From the human T2T-CHM13v2.0 reference genome, Homo sapiens, in the NCBI RefSeq assembly GCF_009914755.1, contig NC_060935.1: a stretch of 64,000 nt of DNA. One strand, 5' to 3'. A program made the position numbers and the translations under genes. Below are positions 61,877 through 64,000 of the stretch, piece after piece. Numbering within the stretch: position 1 is the stretch's first letter; each line of letters begins with the position of its first letter. Under the pieces are notes generated by a model. That model saw only the letters and a program-made list of their open reading frames with translations. It had not been told where the DNA came from and made no database searches.

Positions 61877-63479
61877 ACTGGTTAAGTCTTTGTATTAGGA
61901 ACTATGGGAAGATGTGTTCTTGTTAGATTCAGATGGTGATTCAATTCAAATTTGGGATTTGCAAAATCCTGCCTATCAGAAAAAAAGTCACTGTTGTCCC
62001 AATTCATTTATCTCTTTGCTACTTTCTGCTTTTCTGATCATTTGTTTAAATCATGCCCCATTTATCTTAAGTGTCCATTGACTTAGCTTATCAACTAACT
62101 TGGCTGACTTCTCTGCTGACTTTTGCTTCCCAACTGCAAAGTCACTGTGTTCAGGGACTTTTTTCCTATATTTTGACCCTTTAGGAAAACTGGTCCTTCA
62201 GGATAATTAAATAGAATCTGTAATTGCAGAAATAGTACTAGTATTAGTTTGCATCTATTGCCCCCAGATACCAAAGATACCACTATGTTTTTGATCCTGC
62301 TATTTTAACATGATGGGGAAGGCTTGGATTAATGAATGCTGTAATTTTTTTCATGCATCTTCCCCTTTGTCCAGGTTTTTTATCTGTCATTTAAGGGCAA
62401 CAACAGACCTTTCACTTAACCTTGAGTTATCTTTGTGATTTTAGGGGAGGAGAGTCTTTCCTGGAACCACTGAGGCACTGGTTGTATTTTGATTGTAGTT
62501 GCTGGAGGGGGGAAGAAGCCTAGATTGGTAGGATTCACTTAGTTTCTACAAATGATTTTTTTTTAACAATAAACGTTTGGTCTATCAGCCTCATCTGTCA
62601 TCTCTCTCTTCCACACAAGATCACAGAACATTTCTTTAACTCAGTATTTGCCTTGGCATTTCTGGCTTTTGTTCATCATACTTATGCCCTACTTCTACAC
62701 TACTTTCAAAATCCAGTTTTTACTCCTTTGCCAAAGTCTTTCTCAAATGTCAGTATTTCTGCAACTGACTCCCTTTGTGATTTTTCGATCCAAGCAGAAT
62801 TAATCATTCTCTTTTCTGCTCTGCCCTAGAATTGTGTACATATTGCAATCACAAAACCTGTTACAATGGATTACAGTTTGCCTTCTAGGCTGTGAATTCC
62901 TCTAGACAAAGCATTAAACTATTTATTCTTTCATTCTTAATGTTTACCACAGTCTGATACACATTAAGAACTCAATAAATATCTGTTTAATAATTGAGTA
63001 CATGAAGTATTTTTATTAACATAACCATTTATTTAGTCATTCCACTTATTGATTGCAAGGATTCATTAATTCATTCATTAAGGAAGTGATGGTCCCAATG
63101 TTTGTATTCCTCCAAAATTTATATGTTGAAATTTTAACCCCCAAGGGTTTGGTATTACAAGGTGAAGCATTTGGGGATTAGGTCGTGAGGCTGCCTGTTC
63201 TATCATGGGAAGACACAGAAAGACCTAGTTTATGGTATTTTGTTATAGCAGCCCAAATGGACTAAGACAAAGTACCTATTGAAGGCCAATTATATGTTGA
63301 GCATGGAAATTTGTACCAGATGTTCCTTTGAAAAAAGGCTCAGACAAAAATATAGACAGCCATGTCAAGTCTCAGCCTCAAAATAGCATATATATAACAT
63401 TTCTGAAGGCATATTTGGCACCTCAGCTAGACACATCTCAGAAGATTAATGAAAATAAGAAAAGTAAGAGTTTAATGTC

Positions 63480-64000
63480 ACACCAACATCTATTGTTTTT
63501 TTTTTTTTGACTTTTTAATTATAGATGTGGTGAAAAGGGAACACGTTTACACTGCTGGTGGGAATGTAAATTAGTACAACCACTATGGAAAACAGTATGG
63601 AGATTCCTTAAAGAACTAAAAGTAGACCTACCATTCAATCCAGCAAACCTACTACTGGTTATCTACCCAAAGCAAAAGAAGTCATTATATGAAAAGGACA
63701 TTGCACATGCATATTTATAGCAGCACAATTCACAAGTGAAAGGATATGGAACCATCCTAAGTGCCCATCAACCAACAAGTGGACACAGAAAATGTGGTAT
63801 ATATACACCATGAAATATTACTCAGCCATAAAAAAGAATGAAATAATGTCTTTTGCAGAAACTTGGATAGAACTGGAGGCCATTATTTTAAGTGAAGTAA
63901 CTTAAGAATGGAAAACCAAATACCGTATGTTCTCACTTATAAGTGGTAGTTAATCTATGAGGAAGCAAAAACATACAGAGCAATATATTGGACTATGGGG
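63480..64000 (+). mobile_element. L1PB-like 3' region with a short 5' inversion, running off the window end
   Basis: gatgtggtgaaaagggaacacg...gttctcacttataagtgg. Confidence 0.85.

Overview
Mammalian (human-like primate) genomic DNA rather than prokaryotic; no CRISPR, rRNA or tRNA genes were seen. The window holds the complete minus-strand GLYAT gene (glycine N-acyltransferase). Its five coding exons of 81+108+127+172+403 nt give 296 aa plus stop, and a probable non-coding exon 1 lies near 29.4 kb. Upstream in tandem is a disabled GLYAT paralog (46.5-58.6 kb). Its exons 2, 4, 5 and 6 survive at nearly identical lengths, but exon 3 is gone, the exon-2 donor is dead, there is a late nonsense codon, and a full-length L1PA sits in intron 5. 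The rest is dense with L1, Alu, MaLR and ERV1 elements, including two proviruses with both LTRs. I see no clearly new multi-gene system. The most unusual signals are: (1) an AluJ split by a two-piece (inverted plus direct) templated copy of the GLYAT promoter; (2) a partial copy of exon 3 with a 42-bp perfect tract; (3) the unprocessed pseudogene, possibly a lost glycine-conjugating paralog; (4) inverted MER50 LTRs in intron 1; (5) several small fold-back/template-switch scars. Exon coordinates were read base by base. Repeat boundaries and subfamily names are approximate and come from recalled consensus sequences.
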